From: Octopus sinensis
Taxonomy: Eukaryota
Assembly (NCBI RefSeq): GCF_006345805.1
Contig: NC_042998.1
Location: 105,090,001-105,154,000 of the forward strand
Length of the DNA: 64,000 bases
Direction of reading: 5' to 3'
Under the pieces are notes generated by a model that ran no database searches, was not told the origin of the DNA, and saw nothing but the letters and a program-made list of their open reading frames with translations. A program made the position numbers and the translations under genes. How positions within the stretch are numbered: the first letter of the stretch is position 1; the number at the start of each line of letters is the position of its first letter. Below, in pieces: positions 52,111-64,000 of the stretch.

Positions 52111-52855
52111 ATAAAATACTTACATCCATCCTCACTGAGATCACCATGTTGTGCACATGTGGTTGTGATGCATGTGCCTGGTGTACCCTTATCAGACGAG
52201 TAGTCACGATGGGTATATTGGTCTTTGTATATTTGTATTTGTGTGTCACTTTCATGGCATACATTGCTCTCTCACTCAATAATAATAATAATGATAATGA
52301 TAATAATTTTATATTGGTCCTTGGGTGTTAAGTATCTTCCTCAATACTTGACATCTAAGCACCAAGTCTTATAATCTGTGGAAAGAGACCCTGAGAGGCC
52401 CTGTAAGACCTTTGACAACAGGCTACTGTCTGTTCACACAGAATTAACCAGAGCAAGTAAAATCGAGAGCTCTGAGAAATAAAATTTAATGATAATAAAA
52501 TAAAATGATAAAGATGATGATGGTACTGGTGCTGGTGTTTATGATGATGATGAGCAAATAAGGAATAAAAGAGTCAGCATCATCATCACTATCATCATTG
52601 TTTAACATCTGTCTTCCATGCTGGCATGGGTGGTACGGTACCACAAGAGCCTGCACCAGACTTCTGTGACTATTTTGGCAGGATTTTTACAGTTGGATGC
52701 CGTTCCTAACACCAACCACTAAGCAGAGTGGACTTAGTGTTTTTTTACATGGCACAAGCACAGGCAAGATCAGTAATAGTAACATGAGTAACAAGAAAAG
52801 AAAAATACAATTGCAACAGCAGCAGTAATAGCAGCAGTAGCAGCAACAGCAGCAG

Positions 52856-52893
<38 letters not shown>

Positions 52894-54634
52894 ACAGCAG
52901 CTAGACTTGTAAAAATCCACAAGTTGCAACAAATTCCACAATGAATAAATAGAATCAAAATTAGAGAACCTCTATAGGACTGCTCAATTTGCTAGAAATA
53001 AAACCCAAGTCCCCTTCAAATGATACCTTACTATCTAAGAAAAGGTAGAACACATTGGCTAATGTAGCCCTAGATACACGTGAAAGAGCAGAAAATATCA
53101 TGGTTCAATGCCTTTGGTTATAATCATTGGTTAGATTGGTCAGGTCTGACTTGCTGGCTTAAATAATAGTGACAACAGAATGGAAGAAAAGAAAAGGTGG
53201 GGAACAGCAAAACACAAATATAAACAACAAAAACAGCAACAACAGAACTAACAGGAGAAGTGATATAATAAAAATGTGGAATAGAAATAACTACCTCCTG
53301 CACAATCACAACAAGAGGAATAATAGGAACAACAACATTACAGGGAGAAAGCATTGATTGTAGAAAACCAATTTAAAATTCCTGTAATACGAAAACAAAA
53401 TCATTTTATATAAAACCCACTATTGCCATCACCATCACAATCACAATCATCAATTACATCTGCTACAACCTTTACTTTCACCATCATCATTATCATCATC
53501 ACCATCATCATCATCATCATCACCACTACTTCTCCCCCCCCCATCACTATCACTAACTACCATCTCCAACACCAACACCATGTCACTGTCATTATTACTT
53601 ACACTACAGCTGTCACTACCACTGCCACCACTACCACTTGCACTGATACTATCATCACAGCCATGACCACAATTAGCAGCACCACTACCATCACCATAAC
53701 CATCACCACTGCCACTATCATCATTACTACTACCATTTCCCTCACATCATCATCATCACCACCACCACCACCACCACCACCACCACCACAATATAGCCAC
53801 ATTACCACGACACAACCATCCTCACCGCCATCGTCACCATCACAACCATTACTATCACCTATTTCATCACCACTGTAATCACCCCCACCACAAGAACTTC
53901 ATTGACTTTGTCGTTATTGTTGTCATCATCACTGTCATCATTATCATTTGACATCTGCTTTCAATACTGGCATGAGTAGAATGGTTTGATAGGAAACTAG
54001 TGAGCCATATGGCTGCAATGAGCTCCATTTTCATCTTTGACATGGTTTCTGTGTCGTGATGGCCTTCCTAGTGCAACCCTCTTTAAGACCCTTTCTAAAG
54101 CCAATTTCTTTAAAAACAGCCATAACAACAATAGTTGTAGTACCTCAACCACTGTTAATCACAATAATAGAAAAACCTTTTTGCAATTGTTGAATCAAAT
54201 CCTCTTCAACCCACACCTTACAGTTCTTTTAAAAGAATACATTGGATGATACACCCTAGAGCTGGAGTACCTTTGTAAGTCAGCTTCATCAGGGCTGATC
54301 TAAGGCTAAGCAGTAATACATAACTATGACTCAACTGAGGAGCTTCTACTTGGTCATACTACTGGCTAGAAATAGCAGCCAAATCTCTCTCAAATTATAC
54401 CCCACTATCTTAGGGACTAACGCAATGATGTGACAAGTCATGGGTGAATGTCTTTGATCATATGTCAACTCAATCAGATGATTTTCAAGAAGTTCATTCT
54501 TCTGTAATCATTCAAGACAAGTTTCTCATTTGGAGATAACTTTCTTGTTTTTTTCCTTTCTGCCACAATTATTGGAGACCCCAAGGAAAGTCATAGGCGC
54601 TGCCCCTTCTTCTTCTTCTGACTAAGTCATGTAG

Positions 54635-54666
54635 TACAGTAAAAGAAGAAAATACTTCTCTATCAG
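54635..54666 (+). CDS. Optional candidate exon N (TVKEENTSLS)
   Basis: cttcttcttctgactaagtcatgtag acceptor, cag|GTAATG donor; phase 2->1; only usable together with O and P. Confidence 0.25.
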
Positions 54667-55147
54667 GTAATGTCTCTGCGTCCAAGTGATGCCACTGGAG
54701 AAGAATTTATCTACTGCAAATGGAATGCTTACAAGCAGAAGGCAAAGTTTAAAAATAAGGATTTTGGATTGCAACTTATAATCATAAATTAACATATACT
54801 TAACTCTTTCCTGACAGATTTGGCTGCTATTTCTAGTCAGGAGTATGACTAAATAGAAGCTTCTCAGTTGAGTCATAGTTATGTATTACTGCTTAGCCCT
54901 AGAGTTACTGCTAGCCCTAACAAGTTGACACTGTCTGTATGTTTCAACTAATTTTAAATATAATTAAGATTTGGGAGGCATTTGCTTGTTATTGTTACAA
55001 CCCTTGCTGTAATTATTGTAGTTGCTATTTAACCCTAGGTTTGTTCTGTATAAATACACCTATGATCAAAGACATTTCAACTTTGAACATCTCAGTTTCA
55101 ATTCCAGACTATTTTATTTAATGCATCCAACTTAGGGAATATTTCAG

Positions 55148-55176
55148 TATGTTATATGAAGAACATTGGCAAACAG
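55148..55176 (+). CDS. Optional candidate exon O (V-CYMKNIGKQ)
   Basis: atttcag acceptor, cag|GTAAAA donor; phase 1->0; several alternative acceptors. Confidence 0.22.
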
Positions 55177-55195
55177 GTAAAATAATCTTGTAGAT

Positions 55196-55504
55196 CACTG
55201 GTTCTCAACTGGGGTCCATATGACCCTTAAGGGTCCACATAAGATTTTGTTGTTAAAATATAAATGCAGTAATTTGGGTATGCTCCTACAATACACAAAA
55301 TATTTTAAACATTTTATAAAATTCTTTAAAAAGAGGCATAGGAGTGGCTGTGTGGTAAGTAGCTTGCTAACAAACCACATGGTTCTGGGTTCAGTCCCAC
55401 TGTGTGGCACCTCGGACAAGTGTCTTCTACTATAGCCTCGGGCTGACCAAAGCCCTATGAGTGGATTTGGAAGATGGAAACTGAAAGAAGCCAGTCGTGT
55501 ATAT

Positions 55505-55538
<34 letters not shown>

Positions 55539-55976
55539 GTTTGTATGTCTGTATTTGTCCCCCCAACATCGCTTGACAACCGATGCTGGTGTGCTTATGT
55601 CCCCGTAACTTAGTGGCTCAGCAAAAGAGACTGATAGAATAATTACTAGGATTACAAAGAATAAGTCCTGGGGTTGATTTGGTCAACTAAAGGTGGTGCT
55701 CCAGCATGGCCACAGTCAAATGACTGAAACAAGTAAAAGAGTAAAAGATTATTTAATTAAACAGGATTTTTAAATATACATTGAATGGCATTAAAGGTCA
55801 ATCAACATCATCATCATCATCAACAACATTTAAGGTCTGTTTTTCATGCTGACATGGGTTGGATGGCTTGAGAGTAACTGGCAAGGTCAAGAGCTAGATC
55901 AGGTTCCATAGTCTCTCCAGTAGAGTAAAATAAGAGTCAAAGGGGTCCAAAGGTAAAAAATGGCTAAGAACCACTG
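55196..55976. mobile_element. hAT-type MITE with 8-bp TSD and two nested retroposons
   Basis: TIRs cactggttctcaac / gctaagaaccactg; TSD ttgtagat (55188-55195) and ttgtaaat (55977-55984); nested SINE at 55320-55745 and RTE end at ~55815-55915. Confidence 0.75.
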
Positions 55977-56664
55977 TTGTAAATGATGTAATCATTGGTC
56001 TACGATACCTAAGGTTATATGGGATGAGCATGGCTGGAATGTCTTTAATCTTAAATTTGGTCAATGTGCATTGACACTGATCTAAATAGCATCAACAAAA
56101 TGGATAGATTGCTGAATGTAATCACTGATACTCAAAGGATGAAAGAGTCAAAAGTTTGCTGAATCAGAACTGGTCAGAGGTTATGCAAATACAACTACAA
56201 CAGTAACAACAGCAACAATTTAAGCACTAGGCTAGCAATTTTGAGAGGAAGAGATTAGTTGATCCCACTGATACCAGTAACTGCCTGGTATTTTATTTTA
56301 TTGTCTCTGGAGGGACTAAAGGCAAAGTTTACCTCAAATTTGAACTCAGAATGTAAAGAGTTTGGAACAAGTACAATAAGGCATTTTTCTGATGTTTTAC
56401 TGATCCTGTCTGATCACATCCTTAATAATAATAATAATAACAATAATCCTTTCTTTATTAGGCACAAGGCCTGAAACTTTTGGGGAGAAGGATAATTGAT
56501 CATATCAACCCCACTGTTCAACTGGTACTTATTTTATCAAACCAGAGGGATGAAAGGTGAAATTGACTACAGTGGCATTTGAACTCAGACCATAAAAACA
56601 AACAAAATGCTGCTAAGCATTTTGTCCAGCATGTTAACAGTTCTGCCAGCTTACCACCTTAATG

Positions 56665-56737
<73 letters not shown>

Positions 56738-56739
<2 letters not shown>

Positions 56740-57295
56740 GCCCAGATGCAGTACCAGACAGTGGCTCTCATGGCTTCTGATCTTAACTGATTGGAAGTGT
56801 TATCAGGTACAATGTTTTTTCTTGGTATAAAAGATGAACTACAGCAAATACTATGCTCAATACCACAGATTTGCATGTCAGTTGCTTGACCTTGACCAGT
56901 TCAGCATGTCCCTTAGTGGCTAACGATATGTGCATCTCTGATCATGAGCAGAAGTAGTGGGGGAGCGTCATAGCCATGTGTTGAAAGGAATTCTTGGAAG
57001 TTTAGATAATTCACCTTTGGAAACATGGGTGGTTCATTCAACATCCTTAAACAATCCTTATTCAGGGACCTTTTGAGCGGGATGGGCTACTCGACCAGAA
57101 GAAAATTTTAACTGGGCCCCACCTGCAAGGTCATGCACCGTTTATCATGATATGAGATTACCATGTCGTGCACATATGGTCGTGATGCATGTGCCTGGTG
57201 TAGCCTTATCAGGCAGGTAGTCATGATGAGTATACTGCGCTTCATATATTTTACCCCAGTGTCACATTGATGGCATGCACTGCTCTCTCACTCAA
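56738..57295. mobile_element. Interspersed repeat inserted in (AAT)n; partial copies at 52130-52278 and 59490-59585
   Basis: All three copies end at gctctctca(ct)caataat; the full copy has (AAT)n on both sides. Confidence 0.7.
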
Positions 57296-57327
57296 TAATA
57301 ATAATAATTTTAATAATAATAATAATG

Positions 57328-57376
<49 letters not shown>

Positions 57377-57392
57377 AAATGATGATGATAAA

Positions 57393-57427
<35 letters not shown>

Positions 57428-57465
57428 TGATGATGATGATGATGATAAAAATAATAATAAGTCTT

Positions 57466-58103
57466 TCGGATCTTTGTGGTTTGCATCACTGTTTACAATT
57501 TTGTTCCAATTGTTTTCAAATTTGGCATATGGATTAATTTTTTTTATACTAGTTATGAAGGTGAAATTCATTTTCCCTATAGATCCATAATTAAAGTGTT
57601 AATAGCCATTAAAATTTCCAAAATTTGCATATTTTAGCGAATCAGAAGTGAGTATTTTAGACATCACCATGGCAAAGAAGTCTGTTTCTATAGTAACCAA
57701 AGCAAAGAAGCACCACGTGTTCCATAGCTGATTGGGAAGAATTCTGTTTCCATTGTAATCAAAGATGCTGTGCATGCACACAAGGAATGTAACCACCACT
57801 TGTTTTCTAATTGTTTGCTTTCATAACAGATGGAACACACACTCAACAATTTTAGTTTAATGATTGGACATGCTGATGTCACCTACCCCCTGATGATAGA
57901 AGAGGCAGCGAATGTGCTGTTTTCTGACTGGCTGAAAATTCTGAAAAGTATCAAACTTTGAACACCTGTGACATTTTTGCAAAATGTTTATGGAATAAAT
58001 GAACAACAGATTTGGATTCAGCATCAAAAGTTACATCTGCATAATACATAAAAAAAATTTTTTAAATATGATTGTAAACAGTGACAAAAACCACAAAGAC
58101 CTA
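57466..58103. mobile_element. MITE with ~30-bp terminal inverted repeats
   Basis: gatctttgtggtttgcatcactgtttacaatt versus gattgtaaacagtgacaaaaaccacaaagacc. Confidence 0.6.
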
Positions 58104-58329
58104 TTCTTTTTACTAAAGGCACATGGTCTGAAATTTGGGGAGAGGATATAGTCAATTACATCGACATCAGTGCTTGACTGGTACTTATTTTAATGACCCC
58201 AAAAGGATGAAAGGCAAAGTTGACGACAGAAGAATTTGAACCCAGAATGTAAGGATGGATGAAACATCATTAAGTATTTTGCCTGGTGTGCTAACGATTC
58301 TGTCAGCTTGCTAATAATAATAATAATGA

Positions 58330-59465
58330 TGATGATATTAGGGGAATTGGAGGTGAAAGAGTTCACAAGAGAACTGGAAAAGGAAGACCAGGCAGTAGGG
58401 ATGACAAACAACATAAGAGATACAGTTCAAACCAAAGAAGAACCTAAAGGCAAAAATAGTAATAGCACTACCAATAAGGAAGGGACAACTGGTACCAGCA
58501 ACTTAAACAATTTAAGTGAGGAAGATCAGAAGATAAGTTGCAGAAAGCAATGAGTAAAGGAATAAGAAAAGGATTGCCAGCATTGAAAGGCATCAACGGA
58601 AGGAAGCTGCTAGATATGACTAGGAAAGTAGATTCTGTTATCAGTAGGATAGATATTAAAAATATAGGAGACACTATCTTATTGATCAATGCAAGCAAGA
58701 TAGTAGTTACTAGATTATATATTCTACAAGGAAAGATTAGACAAGAGCAAATGTGGAAAAGGAGACTACAAAATAAAGTGAAGACTTTAAGACAAGATCT
58801 GAGTAGAATAGAAGTCTGGAAACTGAACAAGTTAAAAAACATAAGATTTAAATCTTATTTTGAGAAAAGATACTTAGTCAAAGAGAAAGGATTGGGGACA
58901 GTCACAAAAGAGTAGCAGGTAAGCTTTCATAGCAGTAGCAGATAAGATTTCCAGATATCAGGAAAAACTAGATCAGTATCAGCAGAATAGATTATTTGAG
59001 ACAAAACAGAGGAGATTTTATAACCAAATAAATTGTGGAGAAGAAAGTACTGAATATGAGAAACCCAAAGCAGAAGAAGCTAGAAAGTTCTGGAGTAATA
59101 TTTGGCCAGTAAATCATAATGGAGATGCAGTTAATGAAAGTCAGAGAAGAAGTAGTAAGAAGTAGCCAGTTCTAAGACTAACTAGTGCATTAATGAGTAA
59201 AGTGCTAGGAAAAATGCTGAATTAAAAAAACCTAGGACCAGATCTAGTTCGAGGGTACTGGTTAAGAATTTTAGTAGCTGGGAGGCTGAGGGAACAACTT
59301 CAGGATTGCCTTAATTGAGTAATAATACCAGATTGGATGACTAGAGGGAGAACAGTACTCCTTATGAAAGACAAAAGCAAGAGTAATACAGCTAGTAATT
59401 ATAGACCAATCACTTGCTTACCATTAGTGTGGAACCTGTTAACAAGAATTCTTCCAGAAGGCATC
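58330..59465 (+). mobile_element. Dong/R4-like LINE, pre-RT and RT N-terminal region
   Basis: WKRRLQNKVKTLRQDLSRIE...QYQQNRLFETKQRRFY...PGPDLVRGYW...DWMTRGRTVLLMKDKSKSNTASNYRPITCLPLVWNLLT. Confidence 0.9.
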
Positions 59466-60528
59466 TATGTCTTTTCTCTTCTCTGTTTCTCTGCCCTACA
59501 GACGGGTAGTCATGATGGGCATACTGAGCTTTGTATATTTTACCCTAGTGTTACTTTGATGGTATGCACCGCTCTCTCAATCAATAATATTTTCTTTCTT
59601 AGTTACAAAGGCTGAAAAACAAAATAACATACAAATCTGCCAGATAAAAAACACCCAACACACTCTGTAAAGTGGTTGGCATTAGGAAGGTCTTCCAGCT
59701 GTAGATATGATACCAAAGCTGACATTAGATCTTCATATAGTCTTCCCAGTTTCTGTAAAGCTATCCAACCCATGCCACCATGGAAAACACAAATAAAAAG
59801 ATATTGATGATGATGATGTGGTGGTGGTGGTGGTGGTGGTGGTGATGATATGTACACCAAAATAGTCAGCTTTCTTTCATACATTTGTTAATATCTATTG
59901 GCTTTCTTTTTATCCTCACAAATTTCCATAGCACATCTCAAGTCTTCTCTGTTCTAATTCAGAAACAGTTTCTTTTCCACTCAACATTTCTTTCTTGATA
60001 ACAATTTCAGCCTTTTATTTATCCTCTCTTATTAGATTTGAATAAAGAAATTGAAAGAGAGAAACAAAGAAAACAGACAGAAATCAGGTGAAGAGAAAAG
60101 CTATTATGTTTAATTTTCACTTATTGATGCCGTTATAAAAACATACTTAAGTTGAAATCTGATAATATCACATGTTACATTGTTTAGTATAATGCAGAGC
60201 ATTTTTTAACACCCATCTGATCCTTAAAAATGCTGAAGTTACAACATTAAGGCAAATTTAGCATTCCTGTTACTGCTGCTGCTTCTCCACTTCTCCCTCC
60301 TCCTCCTCCACCTTCTTCTTCTTCTTCTTCTCTTCTTCTTCTTCTTCTTCTTCTTTGGTCAGCATTCTAACTGAAACAAATGTGTTAAAATCCTTTTGGA
60401 TAAAACGTTTTTCTAACATTTTCTCCTGATTTAGCATAACATATGTATATTGACAATGCAATATATTTAATGAGTGTCTTCCGACTGAATGCCAACCGTA
60501 AGAAAATCTCCTATTCATTTTCTTCTAG

Positions 60529-60539
60529 ATTGCTGCTTT
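60529..60539 (+). CDS. Optional candidate 11-nt microexon P (IAA-F)
   Basis: ctattcattttcttctag acceptor, GTATAA donor; phase 0->2. Confidence 0.25.
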
Positions 60540-60774
60540 GTATAATTTTCAGATTGGACTTTTCTTCCATTCTTTCAAAGTTTATCATTTATTCTTTTTA
60601 GCTTTATTTATTTATTTTTCCTTTCATACTCATTCCCTTTCCCATTTCATACTATAATGGACACCCTGTATTCGAAAATCTCTGATCCAATTTTGTGGAC
60701 ATCATACACACACACACATGCCACATAGTATACATACATACATACATACATACATACATACATACATACATACA

Positions 60775-61028
60775 TTATGGCTGCCCCCTCGTTATCGAGT
60801 ATGGCCATTGCACGAAGCTTAACTGTTACTGGTGCTGTGATCGAATGTGACTTTTTAGCCCAGCTAAAGATCTACAATATCTTGTACAAAATTGGCAACT
60901 AAAACCTTTACTGGTAATAGCCGGCTGTAGTTGTAACTGGGCTTCATGTACTTTCGCATGTCGTTTAAGTCCTCCTGCCGAATTACACTCTCTTCCACAT
61001 GCCCGACAGATATGATTAGTATGGTGTG

Positions 61029-61030
<2 letters not shown>
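60775..61030 (-). mobile_element. LINE C-terminus with two C2H2-like zinc fingers, inside (CATA)n
   Basis: CRACGRECNSAGGLKRHAKVH and CQFCTRYCRSLAGLKSHIRSQH, followed by a 3' UTR shared with 27130-27218. Confidence 0.65.
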
Positions 61031-61059
<29 letters not shown>

Positions 61060-61392
61060 CATACATACATACACACATACATGTATACATATGTACATAT
61101 ATATGTATACTGTGTAGTGTGTGTGTATATGTAGGGATGTGCATAAATATGGATCAGAGCTTTCTTGAAGTTAGCCAAGAATAATGAAGTGGCACATAAT
61201 GTTGATTCATGGAATGTTTTTTAAGATGTTTAATTCGTGTATATTCATCTGGAGAAAACAGTTTTTCTTGCATGATGTAATAACTCTATTAATCAATATA
61301 AAAAAACACGTTTGAAACAGCTGTAGTGAATGAACCAATTTTCATCTGTTGTTATTTATTTATTATTCACCTTACTCGGAACTTGCAATTAG

Positions 61393-61529
61393 TGTGAATC
61401 TGGAGTCTATGAAGCACAGTACAATTGATGTAGAGTGTGTTCCTTTGTACAGCCTTGAAACTTGTAGTATATTCAGTCAGGCACTTGTGATCTTATATGC
61501 AACTGGAATATTAATCTGCCTGTACTTCG
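61393..61529 (+). CDS. Candidate exon Q (VNLESMKHSTIDVECVPLYSLETCSIFSQALVILYATGILICLYF)
   Basis: 137 nt open, phase 2->1, GTATGT donor; alternatively a terminal exon reading to the stop at 61541-61543. Joins in phase to M directly or via N-O-P. Confidence 0.5.
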
Positions 61530-61684
61530 GTATGTACATATAAGTTCCTCTAATTTTGTTTTGTATGTGACTGCTATTTCTTTGACCCAAATTTGGTGCT
61601 TTACTATTAGGTACCTGATTCATATATATATATATCATCATCATCATCTTCATCATCACCATCATCATTATCATCATCACCATC

Positions 61685-62270
61685 ATCAGTCAATGTCCGT
61701 TTTCCATATTGTCATGGGTTAGACGGTTTGACTGGAACTGGTAAGTCAGAGGGCTACACCAGGTTCTAGTCTGATTTGGTATTATTTCTATGACTAGATG
61801 CACTTCCTAATGTCAACCACTCCAAGAGTGTAATGGGTGCTTTTTACTTGCCACCAGCGCAGATGCCATTTACAAGACATTGTCAATGGTCATGACTGTG
61901 ATTTCACTTGGCTTGACAAGTCTTCTCAAGCACAGCATATCACTAAAGATCTCAGTCACTTGTCATCGCCTATGTGAGACCTGACATTCGATGATCATGC
62001 TACCAGCAATGGCCACAATTACAATGTCACAGGTACCATTCACATGACACTGGCAACAGCCATGATTATGATTTCACTTGGTTTGATGAGTCTTCTCAAG
62101 CACAGGGTATAGCTAAAGGACTCAGTCCCTTGTTATCAACTACATCAGGCCCAATATTCGAAGATCATGTTTCACCACCTTGTCTTATGTCTATTTGGGT
62201 CTATCTCTTCCATAGGTTCCCTCTACAGTTAGAGATGAGCACCTGTTTACACAGCTGTCCTTGCCCATAC
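61685..62270 (-). mobile_element. RTE LINE 3' portion
   Basis: Same family as 11463-12357 and 46150-46990. Confidence 0.8.
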
Positions 62271-62369
62271 ACATATATGTACATATATACATTTATACAT
62301 AAATATATAAGCATATATACATACATATATATGTACATATATATGTATATATATATATAAGAAATAATT

Positions 62370-62608
62370 AAGACCCAGTTGAATTAGTTACTTAAGTTGA
62401 AGCACCAAGTCAGTCTGGTATTGTCCATACAGCTCGAAGTGAGGTGAATAAAATCAAAATAAGCAACAGGATATCAAGTAGTAATGTCGCTGAAGATAGC
62501 AATGCATTTAAAATGATGTGATTGCATTGTTCAATTAAATAGAGCCACTTGATACGGTCGGTCGTACTGCATTAATACTTGATATCCTGTTGCCTAATTT
62601 GATTTGAT

Positions 62609-62610
<2 letters not shown>
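62370..62610. repeat. Internally deleted copy of the 31560-32325 foldback
   Basis: Shared cagttgaattag..acttaagttgaag..gtcagtctggtatt..cagctcgaagt..ggtgaataaaatcaaaataagcaacaggatatca, closed by tgatatcctgttgcctaatttgatttga. Confidence 0.8.
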
Positions 62611-62655
<45 letters not shown>

Positions 62656-63368
62656 TCTATTCTTTTATTCTTTTACTTGTTCCAGTCATTTGACTGCAGC
62701 CATGCTGGAGCATCACATTTTAGTCAAACAAATCAACTCCAAGACTTATCCTTTGTAAGCTTAGTACTTATTCTATGAGTCTCTTTTGCTGAACTGCCAA
62801 GTTACAGGGATGTAAACGCACCAACATCGGTTGTCAAGTGATGGTGGGGATACAGACACAGACACACAAACACACACACACATATGAGAGGCTTCTTTCA
62901 GTTTCCGTCTACCAAATCCACTCACAAGGCTTTGGTCAGCCCGAGGCTATAGTAGAAGATACTTGCCCAATGTGCCATGCAGTGGGACTGAACCTGGAAC
63001 CATGTGGCTGGTAAGTAAGCTACTTACCACACAGCTACACCTGCGCCTATATAATATAGTACAGAAATCATCAGTGGGAGGCATCCAGTCACCACATGCC
63101 AGTCAAATGTCGTTACCAGGATATATAAAATACCAGAATCTTTTCAGACCACTGCTGTTGCAAATAACCAGCAGGCTTATTAAAAATTAATGATGATTTC
63201 CCATGACAGATGATACTTGTCTGCTACAATCTCTGTGTGTGCTTTTATGAATAAAACATTTATATGAGAGGATCTCTCCATAGCATTCAGTGTTACAACA
63301 AGACATCTACATTAAGCTGGATATAAAAATTACCTTTTGGTATTGATACTGCTTCCACTGCTAAATAA

Positions 63369-63404
<36 letters not shown>

Positions 63405-63405
<1 letters not shown>

Positions 63406-64000
63406 TCATCATCATCATCATCATCGTCGTTGTTTAATGTCTGCTTTCGATGCTAGCATGGGTTGGACGATTTGACTGAGGGCTGGCGAACCAGATGGCT
63501 GCACCAGGCTTCAATCTTGATCTGGCAGAGTTTCTACAGCTGGATGCCCTTCCTCGCGCCAACCACTCCGAGAGTGTAGTCGGTGCTTTTACGTGCCACC
63601 GGCATGGGGCCAGTCAGGTGGTACTGGCAACGACCTCACTCGAATCCTTTACACGTGCCACTGGCACAGGTACCAGTAAGGCGATGCTGGTAACGGTCAT
63701 GCTCGGATGGTGTCTTTTACGTACCACTGGCACAGAGGCCAGATATCCACTCTGGCAATGAACATGCTTGGAGGGTGCTCTTAACACCCTACTAGCACGG
63801 GGCTTAAGTGCCAGTAAGGCGATGCTGGTAATGATCACACTCGAATGGTGCCTTTTAAGTCCCACTGGCATGGAAGCTGGTTGGTCGCTTTGTCAATGAT
63901 CACACTCATATGGTGCACTTTGCATCCCGTTAGCATGGACACCAGTCATCGAATTTCATTTTGATTTTGATTGCATTTGCCCCAACAGGTCTTTGCAAGC
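63405..64000 (-). mobile_element. RTE LINE 3' UTR with long diverged tandem array, runs off the window
   Basis: catcat tail, conserved terminus, about six ~60-bp units. Confidence 0.8.

Noticed and set aside
52780-52900. Poly-Q or poly-C coding tract
   Set aside because: A (CAG/CAA)n microsatellite adjoining an RTE end, with no splice context or extended ORF.
53420-53940. Thr/Ile/Pro-rich mucin-like ORF (53423..53878)
   Set aside because: Compound (CAT/CAC/ACT)n low-complexity sequence.
57150-57295. HDV-like ribozyme at the end of the (AAT)n-inserted repeat
   Set aside because: I could not assemble the nested double pseudoknot by eye.
60826-61098. Host C2H2 zinc-finger gene
   Set aside because: Followed by a repeated LINE 3' UTR and embedded in (CATA)n; lacks TGEKP linkers.

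Overview
AT-rich, microsatellite-dense animal genomic DNA. The SINE/LINE complement points to an octopod cephalopod (inference). Most of the window is repeat: tRNA-derived SINEs (Nin/Deu-type, CORE-like and two minor families), 5'-truncated RTE LINEs with ~62-bp tandem arrays in the 3' UTR, Dong/R4-like LINE fragments beside (TAA)n tracts, Penelope-like element (PLE) debris, Tc1/mariner and hAT remnants and MITEs, and a 2.65-kb Helitron that keeps both termini and a PIF1 helicase remnant. Almost all ORFs in the supplied track are microsatellite or transposon artefacts. By hand I can thread a candidate plus-strand spliced gene across the whole window (623-61529). It has 13-16 very short GT-AG exons (8-137 nt) with mutually compatible phases and gives an open ~280-310 aa conceptual translation. 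Identity is unresolved and individual microexons are uncertain. The most notable non-coding features are several minimal type-I hammerhead-ribozyme motifs from unrelated PLE families (one with an intact core at 4538-4564, minus strand), long foldback hairpins, and a 3.6-kb insertion with a 22-bp target-site duplication that copies neighbouring intron sequence into a LINE. No CRISPR array, rRNA or true tRNA gene was found. Repeat boundaries were read by eye and are approximate.
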